This document shows, piece by piece, positions 10,034 through 19,442 of a stretch of DNA of 64,000 bases. The position numbers and the translations under genes are program-made. The notes beneath the pieces were generated by a model. The model was not told the DNA's origin, did no database searches, and saw only the letters and a list, made by a program, of their open reading frames with translations. The stretch's first letter is position 1. Each line of letters begins with the position of its first letter. The stretch covers positions 2,784,001-2,848,000 of the forward strand of contig OZ242374.1 of the NCBI GenBank assembly GCA_965209055.1, written 5' to 3'. Source of the DNA: Acidobacteriota bacterium. GTDB taxonomy: Bacteria; Acidobacteriota; UBA6911; RPQK01; JAJDTT01.

Positions 10034-11397
10034 CGAATGTCTCCTTCATCGAATTCACCAGCCGACTTACCGCGCGGAGGTCCCTCGCGAACGAGATGTT
10101 CGACTCGGCGGAGACGAACGAAGTCATCTAGCCATCGGACGTGCGGCATGAGGTTCACTGCAAAGTCCTCGAAGGTGGCCCATTGAGGCGTTCCCTTGTT
10201 TTCTGAAGGGGCACTGGTTAGGAGAAAAGCGCGCTCGCCAGCGGTTTGATAGCGATCTAGACGTTTTTTCAACTGCGCAGGCGGCGTGGGATCAACGATC
10301 AGTACGACCAAGCTCGGGTTGGTTAGGGCCTCGTCGATGATTCGGTTGATGTGCTGATCTCCGAAGCCATAGCCAAGGATCAGAAAGAAAGTCTGAGGAG
10401 TCTTAAGGCGAACGTCGAGAGCTCGGAAGAGATGCGCGTATGGCATCCCGATCGACTGCAGGTACTTGCTCTCGGTCGGGAGAATGGCGGCAGCGTCCTC
10501 CGCATCGCTTCGAAGAAAGTCGAGTCTTTCATTTCGAGACCACCCCTGCCAATCTGTCCAGCGAGGAAGTGATCGAGAATCCGCACGTATAAGCTCACTC
10601 TGGGATTTCCGCCGCCAATCGACGGACCCGTGCAGCTTGTAGAGATGGAAGAACTTATCGAACCGCTGAACTCGACCCTCGGCTACCTCGCCCGGGTAGT
10701 ATAGATCTAGCGCATAGGCAGAGGAGTCGAACTTCGGCTCAACCGTTCCGATGAATCCGGTTGAGTAGCGAATTCGCAGATCGTCAGCTGCCGCCTCCAA
10801 GAGGAGATCGTAGTTGACTGTAAAGAGATGGGCTCTTCCAAGAGTAGGGTCGCGGGCGACGAGTTTCGCCACCAGAGCGTGATGACCTGACGGACCATCG
10901 GTTGAAAAACGTGGAAAAGGCAGTGAGCAGCGGGAGACTATGGTCCTTGAAATGGCCGCCATCAAGCTGGAAAGTTCGCCGGGCTTGAGTTGGACTCCCT
11001 TCGACCCGAAGCGTGCACCCACGGACCGAAACAGTGATCCTGACGCGTTAAGAGCATGTTCTGCGGTGGCAATGCTTGATAGCCACGTCTCAAATCCCAC
11101 AGCGGTGTTGCCTTGGTCCTTCCGAGCCCGCATTACGTCAAACGCCTTGCCGAGGTCGGGGATGCCAGGGCCCAGATCAAGAATGGTGTCCAAGACATGG
11201 TCCTGAAGTCCGGCAAGCGTGACACCGTTCTGTGAGATCGAACATCCAGCTCCAACGAGAATCACCATGTTCTCGATACGAAGCCAATCGGAGAGGAGAG
11301 CCTGGATCCGGTCGAGCGCGTCGGATCGGCTAAGTCCCTCAAGTAGGTCCCCTGATGATGCGTGAAGCTGGTAGACGTTGTCGCGTACCTCATGCAT
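10030..11397 (-). CDS. SIR2-like NADase of a Sir2-HerA defence system
   Basis: LVGAGCS, FTVNYDLLLE, LYKLHGSVDW, GYGFGDQHIN; its stop overlaps the herA start by 4 nt. Confidence 0.9.
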   Translation of the reverse strand: MHEVRDNVYQLHASSGDLLEGLSRSDALDRIQALLSDWLRIENMVILVGAGCSISQNGVTLAGLQDHVLDTILDLGPGIPDLGKAFDVMRARKDQGNTAVGFETWLSSIATAEHALNASGSLFRSVGARFGSKGVQLKPGELSSLMAAISRTIVSRCSLPFPRFSTDGPSGHHALVAKLVARDPTLGRAHLFTVNYDLLLEAAADDLRIRYSTGFIGTVEPKFDSSAYALDLYYPGEVAEGRVQRFDKFFHLYKLHGSVDWRRKSQSELIRADSRSLPRWTDWQGWSRNERLDFLRSDAEDAAAILPTESKYLQSIGMPYAHLFRALDVRLKTPQTFFLILGYGFGDQHINRIIDEALTNPSLVVLIVDPTPPAQLKKRLDRYQTAGERAFLLTSAPSENKGTPQWATFEDFAVNLMPHVRWLDDFVRLRRVEHLVREGPPRGKSAGEFDEGDIR

Positions 11398-11471
11398 GGC
11401 TGTTCCTTATGTCGCTCCACCGGCCAAGAGTCCGCGCTTTGTAAGACTTGGGACTAGTGGTATCAGCAGAA

Positions 11472-11495
11472 AAGGTGACTGTCCCCTTCTCACGT
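11472..11495 (+). repeat. GACYGTCCC junction motif
   Basis: AAGGTGACTGTCCCCTTCTCACGT at the truncation point of the IS transposase. Confidence 0.8.
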
Positions 11496-11894
11496 GCTGA
11501 GAGTCGTGCAAGAGGAACGCCAGTTGGCTGTAGGGCAGTTGCTGCCGGTGCTTGACGATGGCCGCGCGCAGGACCTGCTCCGCGGAGAGACCCGGAGCCC
11601 CTTGACCGGAGGTGGCGTTGTCACACAGATGGTGTAGAGCCAGATCCAGGATCGAGGGATTGCCGTCCAAGATCTTGGATACGGCTCTCAGTTCCTGGGC
11701 GAGTCGGTAATCGGGCCAGAGCCCGGGAAGCGGAAGCTGATTTTCCCGTTTTTGCCGCATTGTTCAATGCCTCGGTTTTGCGTAAGTCTTTTATTTGGCA
11801 CCGATAAACTAACAAACGACTGTGACAAAAACGGGGCATGAAAAGCCCCTTAGTCCTTATTTAACAATAACTTGCGGGTTTGCGGATGAGAACT
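11496..11894 (-). mobile_element. ISNCY-like IS remnant (left end plus truncated transposase 5' part, start at 11760)
   Basis: MRQKRENQL...ELRAVSKILD...GLSAEQVLRAAIVK...YSQLAFLLHDS, cut at the motif at 11472-11495. IS-end-like sequence near 11860-11894. Confidence 0.7.
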
Positions 11895-11939
11895 CGATAA
11901 TTTCTTGGTCTCCACGGGTTCGCGAGAAGGGAGTGAGCA

Positions 11940-12698
11940 ATGGGATTAGATCAATTGGATCGTCAGTTCGAAGTGGCGCTGTCCATCATGGAAACGACCG
12001 TCAACATGTTAGCCGCTCAGGTTCCTCAACCGCAGTTCATAACAGCCAAGAGAAGCTTTCGCTATCGGGAGAAGTCCATTCATCAAGCGATTGTTCAGAA
12101 AATCGCCCGGATGGTGAGCACCCTCCATTCCGCCCGCTTGCTACTAGAGCATGGATTTGTTCAAGAGGTTTGTGTCCTCCAGCGCGTCCTGGGCGAATTT
12201 CAGAGTGATGTGTTGTTCCTAATAATCGGCATCCAAAATCCGACTGATCTGCACAAGAGGTATCTGGAGAGTTTCTACCAGGAGGAGTTCGATACTGAAG
12301 ATCCACTACAATCGACCCACAAGCGACCGTCAATTCCACGAAGGAAGATCGATGCCATGATCGTCAAGTTTCTCAAGAGCGTTCAAGGTTTGGAACTGGA
12401 TCAGAGCACGGTATCTCACTCGTTTATAGCGGTGCATAAGACATACTCGGGGTATGTCCACGGTGCGTCGCCCCAAATCATGGACATGTATAGGGGCTTC
12501 CCTTCCATGTACCATATGAAAGGAATGCGCGAGACGCCTCTATTCCAGACTCATCGGGAAGACCTGACAAACTATTTTATTCGGGGCCTATTTACGGTGG
12601 CAATGTCGGCAGTAGCGTTCGGCATGCCCCGCGAGTGGTCAGCTGAACTGATGAGATATGCGACTTGGTTTTGCAACACATTCGAGTCGCAGAAGTAG
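11940..12698 (+). CDS. Hypothetical protein, DUF5677/HEPN-like
   Basis: 252-aa ORF with LQRVLGE and YSGYVHG motifs, lying in the defence island. Confidence 0.55.
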   Translation: MGLDQLDRQFEVALSIMETTVNMLAAQVPQPQFITAKRSFRYREKSIHQAIVQKIARMVSTLHSARLLLEHGFVQEVCVLQRVLGEFQSDVLFLIIGIQNPTDLHKRYLESFYQEEFDTEDPLQSTHKRPSIPRRKIDAMIVKFLKSVQGLELDQSTVSHSFIAVHKTYSGYVHGASPQIMDMYRGFPSMYHMKGMRETPLFQTHREDLTNYFIRGLFTVAMSAVAFGMPREWSAELMRYATWFCNTFESQK

Positions 12699-12908
12699 AG
12701 TACGCTTTCTACCTTGAGACTAGGATTCTGGCCTCCAGAAAAGTCCACCAAGCGGACTAGGACCTCGATGTGGAGCAGCTTACCGGCGTGGACGTTAGGC
12801 GTCGCGGGCCAGGCTGCCCGCGCCGCGGTCGTTAACTCTGAATCCAGCGCTTCCAGGGATGTCCCCTGCTCGTCCATGCTCTACTCGTGCCCGCTCTAAG
12901 CTGCGCGC

Positions 12909-13565
12909 CTAACCGTCGACTCCAGCACAACGAGCTAACGAGCTCGCCGTAATTCTCAGAAAGTTCAGCCCGGCCAGCACGACCAGGATGAAGATCGCGT
13001 GTAATGCATTCTTCGAGGCCTCATGCGCCACCGCCATCACGCTGACCTTCTGGTTCCCCACCCATTCATTCGAGAGCATGTAGTTCACTTGGAGATTCAG
13101 TAGCCGGACCCGATACGCGTCGCAGGTCTCACCGTCTTGTGGAACGATATCTTCAGGAGAAAGCTCCTGGTAGGACTTCCGCTCAAGACCGGCCAAGGTG
13201 GCTCGTAACAAGAACCAGAGCTGTAAGACCACATAAAGGACGAAGAACATAGCGACAATCTTGATTTCCTCCTCGACTGCGCCCAACACCGAGGAGGCGG
13301 CTAGACCTGCTATGAATGCGGCAGAGAGTACGGAGGTCAAAGTGAACAGGGACATTAGTTTGGATTCCACGCTCTGGACACGCTCTTCTACCTTGGCCAA
13401 GCGCGAGGCAAGGATGCGTTCCACATGGTCTAGGAGATGAGCTTGCTTAGCACTGAAGTAGTCCAAGTATCGGGGCTTGGGCTCTGCATCTCCGATAAGA
13501 TGCGGCCATATCCAGTCCGGGATTCGGTCACAGAATCTTCGCATGCGACTTAGTTGCTTAGCCAT
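12909..13565 (-). CDS. Membrane protein with about 3 TM helices, last gene of the graspetide operon
   Basis: Hydrophobic segments LMSLFTLTSVLSAAFIAGLAA, IVAMFFVLYVVLQLWFLL and ALHAIFILVVLAGLNFL. Start (13565 or 13544) is coupled to the ATP-grasp stop. Confidence 0.75.
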   Translation of the reverse strand: MAKQLSRMRRFCDRIPDWIWPHLIGDAEPKPRYLDYFSAKQAHLLDHVERILASRLAKVEERVQSVESKLMSLFTLTSVLSAAFIAGLAASSVLGAVEEEIKIVAMFFVLYVVLQLWFLLRATLAGLERKSYQELSPEDIVPQDGETCDAYRVRLLNLQVNYMLSNEWVGNQKVSVMAVAHEASKNALHAIFILVVLAGLNFLRITASSLARCAGVDG

Positions 13566-14506
13566 GCTGCAATCCTGTCTGAGATGGGTAGGCCCAGTTG
13601 GTCTTCGATCCAGAGCCATTCACCGTTGGGGTTGATCTCGAAGAACACATAGGTCCCGTCCGGCTTGAGAGCAAAGTCTATAGCGCCAAAGCTGATTCGG
13701 AGGTGGGAGACCAACCGGCGGCAGCGACGAGCGAGTGTTGAGGGTAACTTGTGCGCCCTGTGCTGCAGGTTCGGGTCGTCAGTTGCCCGCCAATCCACTC
13801 TGCTCGATTCTCGGTCCTGGGACAGAATTTCGGCAGCAAAGACCTCCTCCCCCACCACGGTCACACGGATGTCGGAGGATTTCTCCACCTTTTCTTGTAA
13901 AGTGACCGGAGCAACCGCTAATCCGTCGAGGTCATCGAGGTCATCTGGAGCCATCTCGCTGGTGAAGATCGCCTGGTTCCCGTGCGCGCCCGATATGTAG
14001 CCTGAGCTTAAGGCCTTGGCCACTAGCCGAGAGCGGGCTTGGGCAACGCTCCGTGCGGCTGCCGGGTCATTGGTCATTATTGTGAGCGGGAGCGTGAAAC
14101 CTAGTTGGGCAGCCACTGCGAGCTGGTAAGGCTTCCGTTCCGCCCTCCAGATTGCCTGGGGCGAACTCAACCAGCGCTGTGTTGGCAATGCTGCTAGGGA
14201 CCCCAACAGGAACGTGCGGGTCTCCCGTTCGCAGAACTCACGGGTGCCCGAGTCTAGGCATTCGGGCAGATTCGGGGCAACGTTACGTCGATACCAGACG
14301 GACTTGACTTGCCTACCAGAAATGCTCCGTTCTCCGTCAGAGATCGTGAGGGTCCCCTGCGGATCGAAGCTCGCTCGAATTTCCGAAGGGAATCGGTCGG
14401 TGTCCAGCCTGAAGAAGGGAACAGAGCGCCGCTCCAGACCTGCGATCACGTACTCGGGGGCAAGGTCATAGGAGGCCGTCACAAGAAGGACGGTGTCAGC
14501 TGTCAT
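13550..14506 (-). CDS. MvdC/MvdD-like ATP-grasp RiPP macrocyclase (graspetide synthetase)
   Basis: FRLDTDRFP, SVWYRR, AERKPYQL, QEKVEKSSDIRVTVVG, VDWR, FGAIDF, FFEINPNGEWLWIE. Confidence 0.9.
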   Translation of the reverse strand: MTADTVLLVTASYDLAPEYVIAGLERRSVPFFRLDTDRFPSEIRASFDPQGTLTISDGERSISGRQVKSVWYRRNVAPNLPECLDSGTREFCERETRTFLLGSLAALPTQRWLSSPQAIWRAERKPYQLAVAAQLGFTLPLTIMTNDPAAARSVAQARSRLVAKALSSGYISGAHGNQAIFTSEMAPDDLDDLDGLAVAPVTLQEKVEKSSDIRVTVVGEEVFAAEILSQDRESSRVDWRATDDPNLQHRAHKLPSTLARRCRRLVSHLRISFGAIDFALKPDGTYVFFEINPNGEWLWIEDQLGLPISDRIAAWLSN

Positions 14507-14636
14507 CCGTCGTTTCGCGAGAAACCTTGGTCACGAGGGTTCCTCTCTTCGAAAGCGCGGCATCCGTGTTGGACTTGTCCTTTTCCTTAGGGAGATGTAG
14601 TGCGAACTTTGCTAGGAATGGTACATTTGCAGGCAT
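14496..14636 (-). CDS. Graspetide precursor peptide, 46 aa (not in the ORF track)
   Basis: TAAGGAGG RBS, then MPANVPFLAKFALHLPKEKDKSNTDAALSKRGTLVTKVSRETTDDS*. It has a PFLxxFA leader motif and a TxxTKxxxExxDD core, and overlaps the ligase start. Confidence 0.88.
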   Translation of the reverse strand: MPANVPFLAKFALHLPKEKDKSNTDAALSKRGTLVTKVSRETTDDS

Positions 14637-15035
14637 CAAAATCCTCCTTATTCGTGCTTCCTCAAAGGCGATAGACTTGTCAGTTGTCGGCGCACTGGGT
14701 GCGCCCCTATTTGGCCGCCAATAGGCGTCTGAACCCTTGAGGTACCAATTCGCTTTGGCGAAAGGGATTATATACGAGTCTTCCCAGAATTTTCACAACG
14801 CTGCCGGTGGTTTCTTTGGCGCCGTGACCGCACGGGATGTTCACCAGATCAAACTTGGAAATGGACGTCGGCAGTCAGGTGTTTACGGCGTTTCCGATCG
14901 TGCCAAGTTCTGGAATACTGTCCCTGTGATCCTGTTCTACGATGACTTGTTGAGAATAGCTCGGAAAACGACCCTTCCCTGGAACCCCTTGGCCGACTGG
15001 AGGCGGCGATCCTCACAATCGCAGTGCGGGACAGG

Positions 15036-15058
15036 AAAGTGACCGTTTCCTTCTCGCG
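15036..15058 (+). repeat. Junction motif, degenerate copy
   Basis: AAAGTGACCGTTTCCTTCTCGCG. Confidence 0.55.
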
Positions 15059-15392
15059 ATGTTCATTTTCTGGCCGCTCACGCCCCCTTTTCGCGGTCGA
15101 GAAGGCATTCGTGCAAAGAGGTGGTTGCACACTTCTCATCTGAGTTCCTATTTAAGACTGAAGTCAATTTCGTTGCCGTTGCAGTGAGCAATGGAGGCGG
15201 CCGATAAACCGAAATCGTCCGCCACATCAGAAGCAATGGGTCCAACGCCGGGGAGAATCAGGAAATCCAGAAGGGCAGGACCTGGCTTAACGAGGGTCAG
15301 AATCAAGTCTGCCCTGATGGCTACGAAAAATATCAGACTGCGCCGCCGTTGGGCCGCGGATCTCGAATGCTGTAAAGGAAGAAACCCCGGAC

Positions 15393-15438
15393 GAGAAAGT
15401 GAATGTCCTTCTCCCAAGATAGGGACGGTCCACTTTCT
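15393..15438. repeat. Inverted pair of junction motifs at the right end of the defence island
   Basis: GAGAAAGTGAATGTCCTTCTCCC followed by AAGATAGGGACGGTCCACTTTCT (reverse complement AGAAAGTGGACCGTCCCTATCTT). Confidence 0.55.
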
Positions 15439-15598
15439 GCGCCCGTCCTTCTCCCAACATTCCTGCCGGAATTTCAGTGGCTCCTGGTTCCCCTGGATTG
15501 GTGGCCTTGGTCACCGTGATTCGGAGTAATCCGGCGCGGTTTGTTTTCAGACCTCTTCCTCCCAGTAAAGATCCAAATAATAATCTCGACTATGAATT

Positions 15599-16633
15599 CT
15601 ATGAAGTATCCCATACCTTCTTGGCACTCTTCTCGGTGGCCTTTCTTATCGCACTGTCCCCCTTGACCACGGGCCGCATCGCACTGATGTGCTCAGGCCC
15701 CGACGCACAGCAACCGCCGACAACCTGCGCTCCCATCCGCTTCCAGTTCCGTGCGAATTCAGCCATCCGCGAGGGATAGTATTCGGCGTTCTGCAGAATA
15801 TCGGGACCCGAGCTGACCCTCTGGTTGGTCAGCATGGGAGGGTTAACTATCGGGCCTGTGGGATTGTAGCCCAGGTTGGGATAGGCCCCGACCGGACCGG
15901 AGAAAGCCCTCCGGAGGCGCGGCAATCCGACTGAGATCGCCTTCGGGTTGCTGCACATCAGCAGGATCGCTCCCACGCGACGTCCCTCCAGAGCGTCAAC
16001 CAGATCCTCCAGTCGCTCGCCATATTGCATGGTGCCGTCCGGCCGGATATGCCGAATGCCCAGAAACACGGTTGCGCCCGCCTCGGTACAGGCGTCGACG
16101 GCGGTCACCGCGTCCTCGATGAAGCCCACGTACTCAGCCTGGATCAAATCCACTCCCATCTCGACCAGGAGCTTGGCGTGTTCCGCCCACTCCCGGAAAC
16201 AGGCCTCCCGCCCCATCTGCCGGGTGTCGGACACCGCGCCCGATTCCGGCCGCCCCTGCAAGGTGGGAGCCGCGATGCCACCGGCCACGTAGGCTGCAGG
16301 GTTGTGGTTGTCCCGGGCCTTCAGCGCAATCTCGGCGGCCGCCCGCGCGTAGCGTCTCCACTCCCGGCCCAGCCCGCACCGCTCCAGCCGGGTCGGCGAC
16401 GTCCAGAAGTTGTTGCTGGTGATGATGTCTGCTCCGACGCGCAGGTAATCCTGATGGACCTGCTGCACGACGTCGGCGAATTCGAGGTTCGCGGTGGCCG
16501 ACCAGGCCTTCAGGCCGTCCTTCGCGCCCACGAGGACATCGACGCCGCGTCTTTGCAGTTCGGAACCGGTGCCCCCGTCCAGGAGCAGCGATTGACCCTC
16601 GTTCAACCGGTCCAGGATGGGAGGTCTGGGCAT
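15599..16633 (-). CDS. Homocysteine S-methyltransferase family protein
   Basis: LLLDGGTGSELQRRG, HQDYLRVGADIIT, GAYPN, VGGCC zinc-binding motif. Confidence 0.9.
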   Translation of the reverse strand: MPRPPILDRLNEGQSLLLDGGTGSELQRRGVDVLVGAKDGLKAWSATANLEFADVVQQVHQDYLRVGADIITSNNFWTSPTRLERCGLGREWRRYARAAAEIALKARDNHNPAAYVAGGIAAPTLQGRPESGAVSDTRQMGREACFREWAEHAKLLVEMGVDLIQAEYVGFIEDAVTAVDACTEAGATVFLGIRHIRPDGTMQYGERLEDLVDALEGRRVGAILLMCSNPKAISVGLPRLRRAFSGPVGAYPNLGYNPTGPIVNPPMLTNQRVSSGPDILQNAEYYPSRMAEFARNWKRMGAQVVGGCCASGPEHISAMRPVVKGDSAIRKATEKSAKKVWDTS

Positions 16634-16777
16634 GGATCCAGTAGGGGACACGGTAGGCCTCAGAATATCATTGCGGCTTCAGGTGCGTTTGCCGGTACTT
16701 GGCGGGCAGGGCATAAACACTTTCCATTCAATCACGCCTCTGCGAAATAATGGGGGACAAACTAGGAGAGACACGCC

Positions 16778-19378
16778 ATGGAGACGAAGAGTCCTGTATT
16801 TGAGAATCTGGTCCGGATCGGCATCTGCGTCGGCATCGCCGCTTCACTGGCCACCGTTGTTCCCGCCCTGCCCCGCGCTCTGCTGCGTCAGGAGTTGGAG
16901 ACGTCGCTCCGGAAGTGGATCGTGCGGGACCGCCAGGGCAACTACCTCCTCTTGTCGCCACAGCATGGTTCCGGAAACCGCGGCGGATTCTCTCTGCGGA
17001 TGTCCCAAGGCTCGTCGCCTGAATCACTGGACGACTTCGGACCGCCTTATGCCCTGCAACCGCCGTTGAAAGAACGCGGTGTCCTCATCAGCGCCGGAAT
17101 CAGTCTGGATCGTCACGATCGCATCCATCTGGTCTGGAGCACCGTGACCGGACTCACCGGAGTTGCCGTCGTGGATTTTCCCGGCGCCGGCGGCACTGAC
17201 TTGGTCTGGCAAAACCCCCAGACCAACTCTCCCGGAGCCCTAATCCTGGCGGACGACTACTCCAGGATCGGGGACATCGCGACGGCAGCGGACGGAAGCG
17301 TCTGGTTCACCTGGACCGAGTCGATAACGGAACGCCAGGCCTCGATCCATCTGGGCCGTGTCCATGACGGCGGTTTGTCGTCTTGGCGCATCGCCCGCGG
17401 CGATGGCCTCTTTCCGGCCAGCCTGTTCCTGGATGAGCAGGAGCGTTTCCATCTGGGCTGGCACGACATTTACGAGGAGTCGTACTACGCTTCGGGGCGG
17501 TTGGCCCAGTTGGACGACCCCGAAGCGGTGACGGTCGTCCGCCTGCCGGGCCGCGCCTTCCAACCGGTCCTGACACGGACTCAAGGACGGACACTGGCCG
17601 TCTACGAGGACACCTATTCCCACCTGAGGACCGTTCTACCCCAAGAGGCGCCGCCGCGGGCCGTGCCCCTGACCGGGTCGCGGCCGCGCTTCGCCTGGCA
17701 CACCTTCCACTCGCCCCAATTCGTCCTGGACCGGTATGGCGTCGCCTGGTTGTTCTTCGTGGACAGCGCCCGCCAGCATGTCTTTCGCACCCGGTGGCTG
17801 GGCGAGGACTGGGGTCCCGTCCACAACACAGCCAAGCTGGTCCGGAACTCGCCCCGCATGGAAGACAACCACCTCTCCATCGAAAGTCTCGCCGTGGAGA
17901 CGGGCATGGGCGAGGGGGAGCCGGGAATCAAGATCCTGGTGACCCATGGGGACCAACAGGTCCTTCGTTCCGTTCCTGTTCCCTCGCTGGAGGCGTCTCC
18001 CGGGAAGAAGGTTCTCTTTCTGGATCTGGCGGAGGTGCAGGCGTTGGAGAATCTCCGCCTGCGGGTGAACCAAGCGCAGAAACACCCCGGGAATCCCGTC
18101 ATCCAGGCCGGCGAGGAGGGCGATCCGGATGTCCACGGAGCCGGGAACTTCCTGCGAGTACTGAAGGAAGATGGCGTCTATCGCATGTGGTATTCCACCA
18201 TGCGGCGGGATCGCAGCATTCCCTGGTGGGAGTGGTATGGAGCGGGCTACGCGGAGAGCACGGACGGTTACCGCTTCCGGAAAAAGGAACTCGTCCGGAA
18301 CACCCCCTATGTCCCCATGGTTCTCAAGGACGCGAACGCCCGGAATCCCAACCGCCGGTACAAGCTCCTCAATTTCCCGACCCACGGCAGCCGGGCCCAG
18401 GCCGCACGGGCCGGCCGCTACAATCCGTGGCAGGAGACCAACGCCGGAACATTGTCGACCTCGCGGGACGGGATCGAATGGGTTCCCGAACCGGCCATCA
18501 TGTTTTTCCCCGGGGGGCGGCCTTTTTCCGTCATACCCCAGTCGGTCCTCTACGATCCGGAGGAGAAAGATCCCGACAAACGATACAAGGCATACGGATT
18601 CTCGTCTCTGAACCTGGCCCGCCGAGGCGGCGGCTACGCCTACAGTTCGGACGCCTACCACTGGACCGCCCATCCCGACAACCCCATGCTCGATCCATTC
18701 GCCCGGGCGATTCCCGTGGTGAGGGGGGGCAAGGTCGAGCAGATTCACGACTGGGTGGTCTGGAAGGACGGAGACTACTACCTCTCCCTCTACCAGTATC
18801 AGCACAACGGACGGGAGCTGGACCTGGAGCTGGCAATCAGCCGCGATGGCGAGAACTTCGTCTTCGTGGATCCGGGACGGAAGGTGGTCCCTTCGGGTGC
18901 GGCCGGGGAATGGGACTGCGACCATATCGCCCCCTCTCTGCCTTTGGTGGACGACCGGGAGATCAGGGTCTACTACGGAGCGATCTGCGGCGAGGGAACG
19001 GGCGGGGAGAGGCGCTCGGGCGGAGTCGCGGTTTTGAGGCTCGACGGGTATACCCGCTTGGAGCTGAAAGAACCGGGAAGGGACGCCACGTTGACCACCA
19101 TCCCGGTGAGTCCGGCCGGGGCATCCCAGCTTCATGTCAATGCGGATTGCGGAGACGGAGGCACTCTTCTGGCCGAGTTGCTGGATCCCGAGAGTGGCAG
19201 GCCGCTAACCGGGTTCCACCGGTCCGACAGCGTCCCATTTCGGGGCAATACCGTGTCCCACCGGATGAGCTGGACGGGGGGCAGGAGTCTTTCCGACGTG
19301 GATCGCACGTTTCAGGTGCGCTTTCATCTCGTCGGGTCCGAGGGATATCCACACCTCTACTCCTTCAGCTTCAAGTAG
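16778..19378 (+). CDS. Exported multi-beta-propeller protein (GH32/43-like C-terminal propeller)
   Basis: N-terminal hydrophobic segment; KHPGNPV, YRMWY, YAESTDG, LAISRDG, RVYYG, LRLDGY motifs. Confidence 0.7.
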   Translation: METKSPVFENLVRIGICVGIAASLATVVPALPRALLRQELETSLRKWIVRDRQGNYLLLSPQHGSGNRGGFSLRMSQGSSPESLDDFGPPYALQPPLKERGVLISAGISLDRHDRIHLVWSTVTGLTGVAVVDFPGAGGTDLVWQNPQTNSPGALILADDYSRIGDIATAADGSVWFTWTESITERQASIHLGRVHDGGLSSWRIARGDGLFPASLFLDEQERFHLGWHDIYEESYYASGRLAQLDDPEAVTVVRLPGRAFQPVLTRTQGRTLAVYEDTYSHLRTVLPQEAPPRAVPLTGSRPRFAWHTFHSPQFVLDRYGVAWLFFVDSARQHVFRTRWLGEDWGPVHNTAKLVRNSPRMEDNHLSIESLAVETGMGEGEPGIKILVTHGDQQVLRSVPVPSLEASPGKKVLFLDLAEVQALENLRLRVNQAQKHPGNPVIQAGEEGDPDVHGAGNFLRVLKEDGVYRMWYSTMRRDRSIPWWEWYGAGYAESTDGYRFRKKELVRNTPYVPMVLKDANARNPNRRYKLLNFPTHGSRAQAARAGRYNPWQETNAGTLSTSRDGIEWVPEPAIMFFPGGRPFSVIPQSVLYDPEEKDPDKRYKAYGFSSLNLARRGGGYAYSSDAYHWTAHPDNPMLDPFARAIPVVRGGKVEQIHDWVVWKDGDYYLSLYQYQHNGRELDLELAISRDGENFVFVDPGRKVVPSGAAGEWDCDHIAPSLPLVDDREIRVYYGAICGEGTGGERRSGGVAVLRLDGYTRLELKEPGRDATLTTIPVSPAGASQLHVNADCGDGGTLLAELLDPESGRPLTGFHRSDSVPFRGNTVSHRMSWTGGRSLSDVDRTFQVRFHLVGSEGYPHLYSFSFK

Positions 19379-19442
19379 ATTTCCCCGAATCCGGCTTCCC
19401 GATCCCGTCCCTCCAAAGATTGGGGTTGGTATCCTTGCCCGC

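Noticed and set aside
14737-15400. Short ORFs between the graspetide operon and the methyltransferase (also 4710-5123)
   Set aside because: No recognisable motifs; probably gene debris that cannot be assigned.
650-15440. Classical integron with attC sites
   Set aside because: No IntI-type integrase and no attC RYYYAAC...GTTRRRY hairpins were recognised; the junction motif is different and is reported separately.
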